Positions 17,966 through 28,382 of a stretch of DNA of 64,000 nucleotides are shown here, piece after piece. The notes below the pieces were generated by a model. The model was not told where the DNA came from. It worked only from the letters and a program-made list of their open reading frames with translations, and made no database searches. The stretch spans positions 300,710 to 364,709 of the forward strand of contig LCIO01000001.1 in NCBI GenBank assembly GCA_001001115.1, read 5' to 3'. Numbering within the stretch: position 1 is the stretch's first letter; every line of letters begins with the position of its first letter. This DNA is from Candidatus Wolfebacteria bacterium GW2011_GWA1_44_24 (GTDB taxonomy: Bacteria; Patescibacteriota; Minisyncoccia; UBA6257; UBA9933). A program made the position numbers and the translations under genes.

Positions 17966-19503
17966 AAAATTTCTCCAAACTTTATTCCGCGGAACTTGAA
18001 GGCATTGACGCCAGATTAATTGAAGTGGAGACCGACATTAATGTCGGTCTCCACTCTTTTAATATCGTCGGTTTGGCGGATAAGGCTTTGAAAGAAGCCA
18101 AAGAAAGAGTCAGTTCCGCTTTGAAAAATTCCGGCGTTAAGCCGCCCACTAAAGAAAACAGGAGAATTACCGTTAATCTGGCGCCGGCCGACATTAAAAA
18201 AGCCGGCTCTCAATATGATCTGGCTATCGCGCTCGGCTATTTACTAGCGACCAAGCAGATAAAAGAATTTGACGCCGCTGACAAAATTTTTGTCGGCGAG
18301 CTTTCGCTGGACGGTTCTCTTCGGCCGATTAACGGCGGTTTGAACATCGCTCAGATGGCGAAAAAGAAGGGGTTTAAGTTTTTATTTTTGCCGAAGAAAA
18401 ACGCTTTCGAGGCCGCGGTTATTTCCGGCATCAACATCGCGCCGGTTTCTCATCTAGAAGAACTTATCAATCATCTGGAAGAAAGAGAATTAATTAGTTT
18501 TCAAAAGCCGATCGATATCAGGAATTTATCGGGCAGAGAAGGAGTATCGGTTGATATTTCGGAGATCAAAGGCCAGGAGAACGCCAAGCGGGCATTGATG
18601 GTCGCGGCCGCCGGCGGCCACAATATTTTAATGTTTGGACCGCCGGGAGCCGGCAAGACAATGCTGGCTCAGGCCCTGGTTTCGATTTTAACTCCGCCGG
18701 AGCCGGAAGAAGCTATTGAAATCACCAGAATTTACAGCGCCGCCGGATTTTTGAAAGAAAAAAATTTCATCAATTTTCGGCCATTTCGGGCGCCTCATCA
18801 CTCGGCTTCGCCTGTTTCCATCATCGGCGGCGGCGTCGAACCGCGGCCCGGAGAAATTTCTTTGGCCCATCGCGGCGTTTTGTTTCTGGACGAAATTCCG
18901 GAATTCCGCCGCGACTTGCTCGAAGCTTTGCGCCAGCCGTTGGAATCCGGCGCGGTTTGCATTTCGCGCGCCAAAGGAGTTATGAATTTTCCCGCGAGAT
19001 TTCTTTTGGCGGCGGCAATGAATCCTTGTCCCTGCGGTTATTCCAGCGACCCGGGAAAAGAGTGTCGTTGTAGCGCCAATGAAGTTTTCCGCTACCAAAA
19101 GAAAATTTCCGGACCGTTAATCGACCGGATTGACATTCAAATCGAAGTGCCGCGGCTTAAAATTGAAGAGTTGAGAAAGCCGAAAAAAGACGATACCGGA
19201 GATGAAATCAGAAACAAAGTGGCGAAAGCCAGAAAAATTCAGGAAGAGCGTTTTGTTAAAACCAAACCGAGAATCCGTTTGAATTCGGAAATGAGCTCGA
19301 AACAAGTTGACGAATTCGTGAATTTTTCAAGCGAAGCGGAAAATTTCTTGAAAAATATTCTTGAGAAGTCTTTTATTTCCGGCCGCGGCTATTATCGGAT
19401 TTTGAAAACCGCCAGAACTATTGCCGATTTGGAAGAAAAGGAAAAAGTCTCGGCTTCGCATTTAGCCGAAGCCTTTCAGTACCGGGTCAGGGAGAAAGAA
19501 TAA
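17962..19503 (+). CDS. comM: ComM/YifB Mg-chelatase-like AAA+ ATPase
   Basis: NLAPADIKK, GPPGAGKT, PFRAPHHSAS, NPCPCG; GTG overlaps the dksA-like stop. Confidence 0.93.
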   Translation: MKNFSKLYSAELEGIDARLIEVETDINVGLHSFNIVGLADKALKEAKERVSSALKNSGVKPPTKENRRITVNLAPADIKKAGSQYDLAIALGYLLATKQIKEFDAADKIFVGELSLDGSLRPINGGLNIAQMAKKKGFKFLFLPKKNAFEAAVISGINIAPVSHLEELINHLEERELISFQKPIDIRNLSGREGVSVDISEIKGQENAKRALMVAAAGGHNILMFGPPGAGKTMLAQALVSILTPPEPEEAIEITRIYSAAGFLKEKNFINFRPFRAPHHSASPVSIIGGGVEPRPGEISLAHRGVLFLDEIPEFRRDLLEALRQPLESGAVCISRAKGVMNFPARFLLAAAMNPCPCGYSSDPGKECRCSANEVFRYQKKISGPLIDRIDIQIEVPRLKIEELRKPKKDDTGDEIRNKVAKARKIQEERFVKTKPRIRLNSEMSSKQVDEFVNFSSEAENFLKNILEKSFISGRGYYRILKTARTIADLEEKEKVSASHLAEAFQYRVREKE

Positions 19504-20211
19504 TTATTTCGCCAGCGGGTTTTCCGCTCCGATTACTTCGAAATGCAGATGGCAGCCGGTCGGGCCGTGAGTATTGCCGGTATTTCCCATATAGCCGATA
19601 AGTTCTCCTTTTTCGACATAACGGCCGATTAAAGAAACAATTCTTTCAAGATGGGCGTAGCGGGTTTCAGCGCCGTTGGGATGTTCTATCAAAACAAAAA
19701 GTCCGTAACCGTCGTTCCAGCCCGTTGAACCGTCTCCTAAATTTTTATCGGGAACGACTATGCCCTCGGCTGAGGCGTAAATCGGCGTGCCACAGCGATT
19801 AGCGATGTCAACGGCGTTATAATCGTGAAGAATCCTCCAGTTCCAGCCCGAAGCCGGCGGCGAAAAATAACCGGAAGAATCTTTCTTGTTTGGCTTATAA
19901 TCGGTGATACTGGCTTTATTGAGAGCGTCGGAGTTTCCAATAGAAGAATAATCAACTGTTATTCTTTCGGCAAAAGGATTGTCGGCGCTGACAGAGTCGT
20001 TATAATTAGAGGCGCTTATCGGACCGCCAAAAATTTCTCCCCTCAACATGGTTTTAGATTCGGCATTCAATGATGAAAAATCAATTATGGCAAGATTGGC
20101 CGCCGCAACCGCGATGATTAAAAAAAATCGCCAGTAAACAGCGTTTTGTTTGAATGCGTATTGAATTTTGCCTAAAATAATACTAATGAATCCATTATAT
20201 AAGAATCTCAA
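19504..20211 (-). CDS. Membrane-anchored M23 peptidase (start uncertain)
   Basis: HDYNAVD, YAHL, TGCHLHF; the TTG start overlaps the divergent helicase start. Confidence 0.85.
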   Translation of the reverse strand: MRFLYNGFISIILGKIQYAFKQNAVYWRFFLIIAVAAANLAIIDFSSLNAESKTMLRGEIFGGPISASNYNDSVSADNPFAERITVDYSSIGNSDALNKASITDYKPNKKDSSGYFSPPASGWNWRILHDYNAVDIANRCGTPIYASAEGIVVPDKNLGDGSTGWNDGYGLFVLIEHPNGAETRYAHLERIVSLIGRYVEKGELIGYMGNTGNTHGPTGCHLHFEVIGAENPLAK

Positions 20212-21934
20212 TGAAAAACAAGTCGAAGCTGTGGATTATCAAAACGGCCCTCTTTTGATTGTCGCCGGCGCCGGCAGCGGCAAAACAAAGACTTTGACCA
20301 GCCGGTTGGCGGCGATTTTGAAATTGGGCGTTTCACCGGAAAATATCATTGCCATTACTTTTACCAATAAAGCGGCGGAGGAGATGCAGAACAGAATTAT
20401 GGATAAAAAGCCGCCGTTCATCGGCACTTTTCATTCTTTGGGCGCCAGGATTTTGAAAAAAGAGGCGAACTTCGTTGATCGAAGCCGGAATTTTTCAATT
20501 TTTGACAGCGACGATTCTTTGCGGCTTATCAAAAATATCATCAAGAATTTTAATTTAACTGGAGAAGAGCGGCGGGATATTAATCATTTTAAATTGCGAA
20601 AAGAATTTTCCCGAATTAAAGGCGGATTGGCCGAAATCGAAGACGAAGACGAAATTATCGGGCGGTTTTTCGGCGAATACGAAAATGCCCTGGAAAAGAA
20701 CAATGCCTTTGATTTCGACGATTTAATCGAAAAGCCGGTGAAAATTTTCCGGCAACATCCGGCAATTCTCGAAAAATACCAAAATCAGTTTCAGCATATT
20801 TTAGTCGATGAGTTTCAGGACACCAATGTCAGCCAGTACGCTTTTATCAAACTTTTGTCCCAAAAGCACAAAAATTTAAGCGTGGTCGGCGACGATCAGC
20901 AGTCGATATACCGGTTTCGCGGCTCGGATTTCCGGATTTTTTTGGATTTTGAAAAAGACTGGCCGAAAACGAAAGTTGTTTTGCTGGAGCAGAATTACCG
21001 CTCGAGCGGCAACATTATCAGAGCCGCTTCGGCTTTGATCAGCGGCAATAAATTTCAAAAACCGAAAAATCTTTGGACGGAAAATCCGGACGGCGAATTG
21101 CTCAAGGTAATTGAGCATAGAGACGAAGACGCGGAAGCGGAATGGATAGCGGAAAAAATTTCCGGATCCAAAAAGTCGAATCAATCCATTGCTGTTTTAT
21201 ATCGCACCAATGCCCAATCGCGGGCGCTGGAAACCGTCTTGATTGAACGGGGGATTCCTTACCGGATTTTCGGCGGCGTCAGATTTTATGAGCGTAAAGA
21301 AATCAAAGACATCGTGGCGGCGCTTCGCTGGGGGATAAACCCGAAAGACGCCGTGAGTTTGGAACGGCTGAAAACCAATCTTTTGAAAAAACCGTTTTTG
21401 GAAATTAAAAATGGAATACCCGAAAAAATCAAAAAATTGTCGCCGGCAGAACTCATCGCTTATGTTCTTGAAGCCACGGACTATCTTAATCAATTAAAGA
21501 AAAATTACGCGAATTACCAGGAGCGGACGGAGAACATCAATGAATTGATTTATTTTGCCGGCAATTTCGGCAATCTTCAGGAATTTTTAGAGGCAATTTC
21601 TCTTTTACAGGGAACGGATATCGCGAAAAACAACGAAACAACGGCAAATGTCCATTTGATGACCATCCATTTAGCCAAGGGGTTGGAATTCGACAAGGTT
21701 TTCATCGCCGGCTGCAACGAAGGATTGCTTCCCCACCAGATGTCTTATTCCGGCGAAGCGGAAATCGAAGAAGAGCGGCGGCTGATGTATGTGGCGATGA
21801 CGCGCGCCAAAAAGGAACTTTATCTTAATTTTTATAATCTAGCGTCGAGGTTTTTGTATGAAATTCCGCCGGAATTGGTCGAGTTGTCCGCGGAAAAATC
21901 CTTGGACGACGAAGAGCGGTATATCGAGATGTAA
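20186..21934 (+). CDS. UvrD/PcrA SF1A helicase (short)
   Basis: AGAGSGKT, DEFQD, QNYRS, TIHLAKGLEF, EERRLMYVAMTRA. Confidence 0.95.
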   Translation: MNPLYKNLNEKQVEAVDYQNGPLLIVAGAGSGKTKTLTSRLAAILKLGVSPENIIAITFTNKAAEEMQNRIMDKKPPFIGTFHSLGARILKKEANFVDRSRNFSIFDSDDSLRLIKNIIKNFNLTGEERRDINHFKLRKEFSRIKGGLAEIEDEDEIIGRFFGEYENALEKNNAFDFDDLIEKPVKIFRQHPAILEKYQNQFQHILVDEFQDTNVSQYAFIKLLSQKHKNLSVVGDDQQSIYRFRGSDFRIFLDFEKDWPKTKVVLLEQNYRSSGNIIRAASALISGNKFQKPKNLWTENPDGELLKVIEHRDEDAEAEWIAEKISGSKKSNQSIAVLYRTNAQSRALETVLIERGIPYRIFGGVRFYERKEIKDIVAALRWGINPKDAVSLERLKTNLLKKPFLEIKNGIPEKIKKLSPAELIAYVLEATDYLNQLKKNYANYQERTENINELIYFAGNFGNLQEFLEAISLLQGTDIAKNNETTANVHLMTIHLAKGLEFDKVFIAGCNEGLLPHQMSYSGEAEIEEERRLMYVAMTRAKKELYLNFYNLASRFLYEIPPELVELSAEKSLDDEERYIEM

Positions 21935-21936
21935 AT

Positions 21937-22728
21937 ATGTCGAGATATTTGGGACAACATTTTTTAATAGCTAAAAGAAAGATAGGAAAAATCGTTGAAT
22001 CGCTGGAATTGAAAGACAAAGACGTTATTATTGAAATCGGGCCGGGCAAAAGCGCTTTGACGATTCCGCTTTGTGAAAATTGCCGGAAACTCGGTTGTAA
22101 AATTATTGCCGTTGAAAAAGACAAATTGCTCGCCAATAATTTGAAAGAAAAATTCAAAAACGATAAAAATGTTGAAATTATAGAAGGAGATGTTTTAAAA
22201 ATTTTATCAAAAACAATAATTCAATTTAATAATCTTTCAACCGGCAATTATAAAATTGTCGGAAATATACCATATTATATTACTGGATATCTTTTAAGAA
22301 CTTTTGGCGAATTGGAAATTAAACCGTCTTTAATCATTTTAACGATTCAAAAAGAAGTTGCGGAAAGGATAATCGTAAAACCGCCCAAAATGAATTTACT
22401 GGCCGCCAGCGTTCAATTTTGGGCAGAACCGAAAATTATCGGCTATGTTTCAAGAAAAGATTTCAGCCCGCCGCCGAAAGTAGACAGCGCGATTATAGAA
22501 TTAAAAATTAAGAATTATGAATTAAGAATTAAGGATAATTATTACCGAATTATCAAAATTCTCTTTAAACAGCCGAGGAAGACGATATTAAACAATTTAT
22601 TGTCTGGAATCGGGGATAAAAATAAAGAAGAAATTGTTGAAAAATTGAAAAAAGCGGGTATTGATCCGCGGGCAAGGCCGCAAAATTTGAGCATTGAGCA
22701 AATTATCGAATTATCCACTTTATTTTGA
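21937..22728 (+). CDS. rsmA: 16S rRNA m6,2A dimethyltransferase
   Basis: LGQHFL, EIGPG, GNIPYYIT, QKEVAER, PPPKVDS. Confidence 0.96.
   Translation: MSRYLGQHFLIAKRKIGKIVESLELKDKDVIIEIGPGKSALTIPLCENCRKLGCKIIAVEKDKLLANNLKEKFKNDKNVEIIEGDVLKILSKTIIQFNNLSTGNYKIVGNIPYYITGYLLRTFGELEIKPSLIILTIQKEVAERIIVKPPKMNLLAASVQFWAEPKIIGYVSRKDFSPPPKVDSAIIELKIKNYELRIKDNYYRIIKILFKQPRKTILNNLLSGIGDKNKEEIVEKLKKAGIDPRARPQNLSIEQIIELSTLF
22498..22532 (+). repeat. Heptamer repeat x5 inside rsmA
   Basis: GAATTAA AAATTAA GAATTAT GAATTAA GAATTAA, encoding ELKIKNYELRIK. Confidence 0.85.
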
Positions 22729-22755
22729 TTATTAACCGCTATATAATAAATACAA

Positions 22756-23577
22756 ATGGCTCGCTTTAAGATTGCGGCAACGGTTTTGGTTTTAGGCGCC
22801 GGCTTAATCGGTTCTTATTTAATTGTCAAAAATTCCGCGTCCCAAGCGGATGTCCGGCAGGAAGCGCTCAAAAAAATCATTTCCGAGGTTGTTTCCGAAA
22901 ATCCGATTAAATGGCTGGAACAAAACGCCGCTTCTTTAACGGGATCGGGGGCGGAGAGCGGCAAAACAGCCCAAGCGTCAAAAGCCATAGCCAATTTCAA
23001 TTCGTTTAATTTGACCGAATTCGTCGCTCAATCGCTTTTCGGCCAGATGAAAAATCTGGACCAAAGCGGCCAGAATCCTTTTGAAAATTTTGACATCGAT
23101 GATCCGCAAAACCAAAAATTGATTCAGGAAGCCATTGCCGGCATTCAGGACCCGTCTTTGATTTTCAGCGCGGCGATTGACGATAAAGATTTGAAAATTT
23201 CAAACGACAATTCAGTTGACGCTAAAAGTCGGTATTTAAACAATTTGGCGGATATTGTTGTTAAAGATGATCCTCTAAAAAAAACTGGTGGAATAGTTGG
23301 CAGTCTGAATTTTTTAGAGCTTAAAGAAGTGGCTGATAACTATCAAGGAATTATTAATGAATTTATCAATGTGTCCGTTCCTTCCGATTGGTCTGAATAT
23401 CATAAACGTTTTATTTCTATCCTAAAAAAACAGGAAATAATTTATAGGGGTATTGTTAATTATCAGGATGATCCGATGAAAGCTGGTTTGTTTATTCAGT
23501 TGGCGCCGGAGATTATCGGGGAAGAAACAACTGTTAGAAAAGAGTTTTTCGAAAATTATTTAGGATTAAATTCTTAA
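22756..23577 (+). CDS. Hypothetical membrane-anchored protein (T4SS-like cluster)
   Basis: N-terminal TM; first gene of a co-oriented cluster. Confidence 0.75.
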   Translation: MARFKIAATVLVLGAGLIGSYLIVKNSASQADVRQEALKKIISEVVSENPIKWLEQNAASLTGSGAESGKTAQASKAIANFNSFNLTEFVAQSLFGQMKNLDQSGQNPFENFDIDDPQNQKLIQEAIAGIQDPSLIFSAAIDDKDLKISNDNSVDAKSRYLNNLADIVVKDDPLKKTGGIVGSLNFLELKEVADNYQGIINEFINVSVPSDWSEYHKRFISILKKQEIIYRGIVNYQDDPMKAGLFIQLAPEIIGEETTVRKEFFENYLGLNS

Positions 23578-23579
23578 TT

Positions 23580-24995
23580 ATGAAATTTTTTTGGCGAAAA
23601 ACAATAATTTTCTTGATTTTTTTTGCGGTGATTTTTAATGTTAACAGCCATTTTGGATTAAATATGGCGGAGGCGGCGGCACTTCCTGTTATTTGTCTGA
23701 ATTGTTCGCAGGTGGTTGTTCAAGCAGCATGGAAAATATCGGATATTGGCCGTTGGCTTAAGGAAGATTTAATGAAATCTCTTCGCGATGTCATCGCCAA
23801 ACGGATTATAGATTACATTGTTGACCAAACCGTTCAATGGATTCAGGGCGGCGGCAAACCGCAATTTGTCACCGATTGGAAAGGATTTTTAAAGAAAGCA
23901 GGAGATATCGCTTTTGACCAGGTAATTAAAGATGTGGGCTTGGCGCGGCTTTGCGAACCCTTCAGTTTGCAGGTCAGGATTTCCCTTTTGCCGGTTCAAG
24001 GATTCTCTACGAGAATTTCTTGCACTTTGGACAGCGTGGTTAAAAACATCGAGGATTTTTATAAAAATTTTGAAAACGGCGGCTGGATTGCCTATAACGA
24101 GGCCTGGCAGCCGCAAAACAATTATTTCGGCCAGATGCTGATGATTCATGACCAGATATTGACTGAAACTTCCAAAGAAGTGACGGCTCAAGCGAACGAC
24201 GCGCTGGCCGGCAAGGGATTTTTGTCGGTTAAAAAATGTATCGCTTGGCAAACCCCCCTTGATCCGCAAACCGGTCAGCCAAGCGGCGAGAGAAAATGCG
24301 TAAGAGAAGAAATCGTTACTCCGGGCGACACCGTTGGCGTTGCGGTTGGCAATGCCATCACTTCTGATACGCAATGGGCGGCCAATATCCAATCTTGGAC
24401 ATCGGCTTTGGTAAACGCTTTAATTAACCGGCTGATTACAGAAGGTGTCGGGCTGATGGGCGGTTCGGGAACGGGGGGAGGCTCTTCTTATTACCCGCCG
24501 GAATACCAAGATGTCCGTACCGGAGAACAAAAACAACAAGACCAGCAGATGACTGCCGAAGTCCAAAAATTTACCAAAGAATGGCAGTATCTTTATGACG
24601 CCAAAAGCAAATCGCTTTCTTATAGCCAGCAGGAGTTGGTGATTTTGAACAATCTTCGAAGCCGCAACTGTCAGCCGCCGGTTTCGGACGCGGAAATTCA
24701 AAACACCCAGGCGGACATTAACCGATTGCAAACGGAAGTTAACGCTCTTAAAGCCAAAATTGACGAGGCCAACAAATTGATTGCTCAAATCAAAGATGTC
24801 GGCACTTCAACCAGAGAAAGGGCTCTGGCTCAACAGGCCTACAATGCTTTTATAAATAAATACAACACTTCGGAAGTGCAGGAGCAGATTATTTCCGGTT
24901 CGGCGCGGAATGAAGCTGTTGCCGAGACAGAAGCCAAGCGCAATGAGCTTCAAGACGCCCAGGGCCGGATGAATATGTGTTTGGCAATGCCATAG
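23580..24995 (+). CDS. Secreted Cys-containing protein with C-terminal coiled coil
   Basis: Signal peptide, paired Cys, heptad-rich C-terminus. Confidence 0.75.
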   Translation: MKFFWRKTIIFLIFFAVIFNVNSHFGLNMAEAAALPVICLNCSQVVVQAAWKISDIGRWLKEDLMKSLRDVIAKRIIDYIVDQTVQWIQGGGKPQFVTDWKGFLKKAGDIAFDQVIKDVGLARLCEPFSLQVRISLLPVQGFSTRISCTLDSVVKNIEDFYKNFENGGWIAYNEAWQPQNNYFGQMLMIHDQILTETSKEVTAQANDALAGKGFLSVKKCIAWQTPLDPQTGQPSGERKCVREEIVTPGDTVGVAVGNAITSDTQWAANIQSWTSALVNALINRLITEGVGLMGGSGTGGGSSYYPPEYQDVRTGEQKQQDQQMTAEVQKFTKEWQYLYDAKSKSLSYSQQELVILNNLRSRNCQPPVSDAEIQNTQADINRLQTEVNALKAKIDEANKLIAQIKDVGTSTRERALAQQAYNAFINKYNTSEVQEQIISGSARNEAVAETEAKRNELQDAQGRMNMCLAMP

Positions 24996-25008
24996 TCTTA
25001 AATAAAAT

Positions 25009-27009
25009 ATGAAATTTTCCTGGAACAAAAAAATAATTTTAGCGGTTCTGCTGACGGCGGTATTAATAAGCTTATTTGGTAATGCGGCCGATGTGCAGGC
25101 ACAAGAAAAAAATACATCAGCAGATATAACTTCAGATTCTAGTGTTACTTTATTTATTATTGTGAGGGTAGCAGCAGCGGCACTAAGTTTCACTGCTTAT
25201 TTGCTTGATTTTGCCATAAGTCTTGGTAATAAAGTGATGAGTTTAGACGCAGTTATAATTGGCTGGCAAATAATTTTGGGGTTTACCAATCTTGGCTTTG
25301 TGCTGGCAATTATTGTCATCGCTTTTGCCACGATTTTGAGAATAGAAAGGTATGGAATGAAACAAATCCTTTGGAAACTTGTCGTGGCGGCGCTTTTGGT
25401 TAATTTCAGCCTAGTGATTGCCGGGGCGATAATTTCGGTGTCTAATGTTGCTACAAATACTTTTCTTCAAGCAACAACAACGGAAAATTTAAGCAATGCA
25501 TTGGCTAATGCTTTGCAGCCTCAACGGCTTGGGCAGGTTGAACCGAGCTTTGTAGATCAAGTTAAAGGATTGTTGGATTATGCTGTAAGTTTTATGAGTC
25601 CTGGCGCGTGGATCAATTTTCTTATCAGACTTCTCTTTATTCTTGTTTTCACATTTTTAATGGTTTTATCTTTTCTTACTTTATTTGTGATGCTTTTAGT
25701 ACGCGTTTTTGCCTTAATCTTTTTGCTTATTTTGTCACCAATTGTCTGGCTTTTATGGATTTTTCCGTCTACACAAAAATACTGGCAAAAATGGTGGCAA
25801 GAATTTATTCGTTGGAATTTTTTTGCGCCGGCAGTAATGTTTTTTGTTTATTTAACGGTTAAAACGGCATCGTTAATGCAACATAAAGAAGGAAATATCT
25901 ATAGTATTATTTCCAGTAAATCTTGGTTGGGGGGAGTAACTAATTTTTTTATAGATGAAAATGTTTTTAAAAATACAATGGAATCTATTGTATTATTAGC
26001 GTTGCTTTCCGGCGGAATTTATGTGGCCAATAAATTTGGCATTGCCGGCGGCGGTATTGGGGTCAGTTTGGCGGGAAAAGCGGGCAAAGGCGCGGGCGCG
26101 TGGGCGGAGAGGAAAGGAACTAGGGCTGGAACGTGGGCGTTTAGAACCGAAAAAGGGAGAAAAATGGTCGAGGATATTCAATCTGGGAAAGGAGTGGTTG
26201 GCAGAATACCTTTTGTCGGCAAAAGAATCGGCCATGTTTTGAGTCAAGCAGGCGCGATAAGAGGAGAAAGCTTGATTAAGCAAGCTGAAGAACGATATAG
26301 GGGAACGTCCGATAAGCAATTAGCTTTGCGAATGTCAACAATGAGCGCTGATGAAAGAACCATGGCTTTATCGCGGCTGGCAAAAAACAAAAACTTGGAT
26401 ATGATTCCAGAAGGCGCGGCAAAATATATTAAAGATTCTAAAACTCAAAAGATTTTTGAAAGTTACGGACAAAAGAAATCATATAACGATTTAGAAAAGA
26501 CAGCGGGAGTGAATACGTCCATATTGAACGCGGCCGATAAGAATGAAAGAGGAAAAAGAATAAAAGAATTTATAAGAAGCTATTCGGGGCCAGATTACGA
26601 TAAATTGCAAAAAGATATTCTTGGCAAAAAAACTGCCTATGGTTTAAATCAGTCCGAACAAGATGAAATCAATGAATTGACGCGCAACGCAATTTTTGAT
26701 AACCATCCCGGAGCAATATCTAAAATAAGGGCAAAATTAGATGGAGACGATTTGACGAATTTTCAAGAAAAACTTGATGAATATATTGATAAATTTGAAA
26801 ATAACATTGGACTGCCGAGCGATAAAAGAGGCTCAGAAATTTCGATTGAACTTAAAATGGAATGGATTAACGAGCCCGGAAACGCTGTAAGTAGTTATTT
26901 GAAAGATTGGTCAAGCCGCATTTATAATGTTAGAAAAAATTTTGCCGGTAGTTTGTTGGGTGGCGGTTTTGTCGGTGCCGGAGGAGTTGGAAGCCAGCAA
27001 ACTCCTTAA
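25009..27009 (+). CDS. VirB6/TrbL-like polytopic membrane protein
   Basis: Many TMs, LVVAALLVNFS, SPIVWLLWIFP..WQKWW, Gly-rich linker then charged tail. Confidence 0.7.
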   Translation: MKFSWNKKIILAVLLTAVLISLFGNAADVQAQEKNTSADITSDSSVTLFIIVRVAAAALSFTAYLLDFAISLGNKVMSLDAVIIGWQIILGFTNLGFVLAIIVIAFATILRIERYGMKQILWKLVVAALLVNFSLVIAGAIISVSNVATNTFLQATTTENLSNALANALQPQRLGQVEPSFVDQVKGLLDYAVSFMSPGAWINFLIRLLFILVFTFLMVLSFLTLFVMLLVRVFALIFLLILSPIVWLLWIFPSTQKYWQKWWQEFIRWNFFAPAVMFFVYLTVKTASLMQHKEGNIYSIISSKSWLGGVTNFFIDENVFKNTMESIVLLALLSGGIYVANKFGIAGGGIGVSLAGKAGKGAGAWAERKGTRAGTWAFRTEKGRKMVEDIQSGKGVVGRIPFVGKRIGHVLSQAGAIRGESLIKQAEERYRGTSDKQLALRMSTMSADERTMALSRLAKNKNLDMIPEGAAKYIKDSKTQKIFESYGQKKSYNDLEKTAGVNTSILNAADKNERGKRIKEFIRSYSGPDYDKLQKDILGKKTAYGLNQSEQDEINELTRNAIFDNHPGAISKIRAKLDGDDLTNFQEKLDEYIDKFENNIGLPSDKRGSEISIELKMEWINEPGNAVSSYLKDWSSRIYNVRKNFAGSLLGGGFVGAGGVGSQQTP

Positions 27010-27030
27010 TGGGTAGTATGGAAAATAATT

Positions 27031-27858
27031 ATGCTTAAAATTACTCAACAACAAGCTTTAAAAAGATGGGATACATTGCCTCAAAACCTCAGGGAAGCGA
27101 TATTTTCCGAACTGAACGCCGATATTTTATGGAGGATTTGCAAAGAACAGCATTTATCCGAAGATAAAATTTATAAAATCGCCGCTTTGGCCGGAGACGT
27201 TATTATGGGTTTTATTCATCCGGAAGATTTAGCCAGAGAAATTAAACAGGAACTTGGCATAAATATAGAAATTGCCAATTCTGTCGCTATCGAAATCAAC
27301 CGTAAAATTTTCATGCCGATTAAAAGCGAAATCGATAAAGTTTACGCGCCCGCGGCGCCGGCAGAAGAAATAGAAGTGGTTGATTTAAGACAGCGGGTCG
27401 CGGAACAAAAAATCGAATCCGAAAATCCGCCGATTACTCAAGCTTCGGCTAAAACAATCGAAGTTAAACTACCCGAGACCGGCGAAGCCGAACCAATAAT
27501 TCTTCACAGGGAAGAAGAAACCAGGGCGGTTTTGGGAGCAAAAAAATCTTTAGGCGGTTTGTTTAAATTTTTGGGCAAAGAGGAAAAAAAAGAAGAAATA
27601 AAGCCGGTGGCCGCGCAAGTGGAAATAGGCGGACTGACAGCCGAACCGCTCGCGGTGAGCAAAGTCGAATCGCCGAAAGTAAAAATAGTCCATTACACAG
27701 ATTTTCGGACGCCTATTGAAAAACCGTTATTGCCCGAAATAAAACCAGCCGTTGAAATCCCAAAAATTGAGGAGAAAAAAACTGAACCGGTTAAAATCGA
27801 ACCGGATAAAAAAGAAAATGAGGGAGTAATTGATTTAAGGACATTTACAAAAATGTGA
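27031..27858 (+). CDS. Hypothetical protein (helical N-domain, Pro/Glu/Lys-rich tail)
   Basis: Long ORF inside the cluster. Confidence 0.75.
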   Translation: MLKITQQQALKRWDTLPQNLREAIFSELNADILWRICKEQHLSEDKIYKIAALAGDVIMGFIHPEDLAREIKQELGINIEIANSVAIEINRKIFMPIKSEIDKVYAPAAPAEEIEVVDLRQRVAEQKIESENPPITQASAKTIEVKLPETGEAEPIILHREEETRAVLGAKKSLGGLFKFLGKEEKKEEIKPVAAQVEIGGLTAEPLAVSKVESPKVKIVHYTDFRTPIEKPLLPEIKPAVEIPKIEEKKTEPVKIEPDKKENEGVIDLRTFTKM

Positions 27859-27860
27859 TT

Positions 27861-28373
27861 ATGCAGTTCCAAGTCCCCCAATTTATCGATATTGAAAACA
27901 AAATCGTCGGTCCTTTGACTCTTAGGCAGTTTTTGTATTTTGCCGCGGCCGGTGGTTTGAGTTTTTTGTTTTTTTTCATTTTCGCTTCTTGGCTTTGGCT
28001 GCTGATTTCTTTAATTTTATTTTCTGTTGCCGCGGCTTTCGCTTTTATAAAATATAACGGCCAGCCGCTGGTTAATATCGCTTTCAACGCTTTGATGTTT
28101 TCTTGGAAGCCGCGGCTTTATCTCTGGCAAAGAGAATCTCAAGAACGCGCCGCGGAAATTCCAGAATTGGGAGAAAGAAAAAACTTGGAGGAGTATTTTT
28201 CCCGGATGCCGAGTGTGAGAAAACTTTTTATCAACTTGATGACTTCCAGGGGACCGATTCCCAAACGGGAAAAAACCGGGCCGGCGAGTTGGGGAAGGCA
28301 AAAAGAAAAAACTTCGGCTTTTAGAAAAATGACCGGCGAAAAAGAAATTGTAAGACGCATTGATTATCGGTAA
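27861..28373 (+). CDS. PrgI-family membrane protein
   Basis: QFQVPQFIDIENKIVGPLTLRQF + 2 TM + YNGQPL. Confidence 0.85.
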   Translation: MQFQVPQFIDIENKIVGPLTLRQFLYFAAAGGLSFLFFFIFASWLWLLISLILFSVAAAFAFIKYNGQPLVNIAFNALMFSWKPRLYLWQRESQERAAEIPELGERKNLEEYFSRMPSVRKLFINLMTSRGPIPKREKTGPASWGRQKEKTSAFRKMTGEKEIVRRIDYR

Positions 28374-28382
28374 AATAAATTT

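Noticed and set aside
22214..22240. Possible octamer repeat in rsmA (TIIQFNNLS)
   Set aside because: Only three poorly matching AT-rich units; could be chance.
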